A DNA stretch of 61,849 bases, from the NCBI GenBank assembly GCA_008017315.1, contig SSHE01000001.1, positions 1-61,849 of the forward strand. Reading direction: 5' to 3'. Below, piece after piece: positions 61,459 through 61,849 of the stretch. Position 1 is the stretch's first letter; every line of letters begins with the position of its first letter. The notes below the pieces were generated by a model. It was not told the DNA's origin and did not search any database. It worked only from the letters and a program-made list of their open reading frames with translations. Made by a program: the position numbers and the translations under genes. Origin of the DNA: Acinetobacter sp. GTDB taxonomy: Bacteria > Pseudomonadota > Gammaproteobacteria > Pseudomonadales > Moraxellaceae.

Positions 61459-61709
61459 TATTGTCATGGACAGAGGAAGCGTGGGAGGACTATGAGTATT
61501 GGCAAGGCACAAATAGGCAAAATACGAAAAGAATTAATAAGTTAATTCAGTCGATTCTTAGAACGCCATTTGAGGGGCTTGGAAAGCCTGAGCCTTTAAA
61601 ATACAATCTTGCTGGTTCGTGGTCTAGGCGTATTGATCAAGAAAATCGACTTGTCTATGAGGTTTTGGATGGTCAAATCATTATTTTACAGTGCCGTTAC
61701 CACTATTAA
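61455..61709 (+). CDS. yoeB: Txe/YoeB toxin (ribosome-dependent RNase)
   Basis: AWEDYEYWQ, GKPEPLK, WSRRI, RLVY, CRYHY; ATGA overlap with yefM. Confidence 0.96.
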   Translation: MILSWTEEAWEDYEYWQGTNRQNTKRINKLIQSILRTPFEGLGKPEPLKYNLAGSWSRRIDQENRLVYEVLDGQIIILQCRYHY

Positions 61710-61734
61710 CCTGAGTTCGATGTAAATTTGGTAT

Positions 61735-61849
61735 GGCGAATTCAAACAGCAAGTTCGACAGTATGAAAAACAGCCATCACTTCATTTGGTGTCAGCCGGC
61801 CCAAAGATTTTCGTGGACGATTATTTAAAGCATCCTCAATCTGTTGAAT
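61735..61849 (-). mobile_element. IS30-family element, 3' end (continues beyond the window)
   Basis: Minus strand translates IQQIEDALNNRPRKSLGRLTPNEVMAVFHTVELAV*, then ends TGAATTCGCC. Confidence 0.9.

Overview
AT-rich chromosomal window from a Moraxellaceae bacterium, most likely Acinetobacter. The assignment rests on the Gly-rich Hfq tail, the extended CsrA and the fil operon. Most of the window is core housekeeping: rnhB, mutS, tRNA-Cys/Leu, folD, ffh, tal, alr-dnaB, ychF, thiSG, lon, rlpA-mltB-rodA, queF, rlmH, rlmKL, lysC-csrA and tsaE-mutL-miaA-hfq. Four accessory or poorly understood modules stand out. (1) At the left edge, a coiled-coil ABC/SMC-type ATPase (Ppl/TrlF-like C-terminus) is followed directly by a Schlafen/AlbA_2-HATPase protein; this is my best candidate for an undescribed two-gene anti-phage system. 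(2) A filBCDEF operon (C39 peptidase, two outer-membrane barrels, lipoprotein; Fap-like layout) has no filA substrate gene beside it. (3) An ATP-grasp/alpha-E/transglutaminase/Anbu operon has a clear sigma-54 promoter and is divergent from a WYL regulator next to lon. (4) A yefM-yoeB toxin-antitoxin module lies between two inward-facing IS30 3' ends that the ORF track misses. Direct reading also shows a triple Pho box before phoD, a sigma-54 promoter before a porin, a G10 tract that shifts the Ffh C-terminus, and a small membrane-protein pseudogene. All family assignments come from motif recognition, not from database searches.
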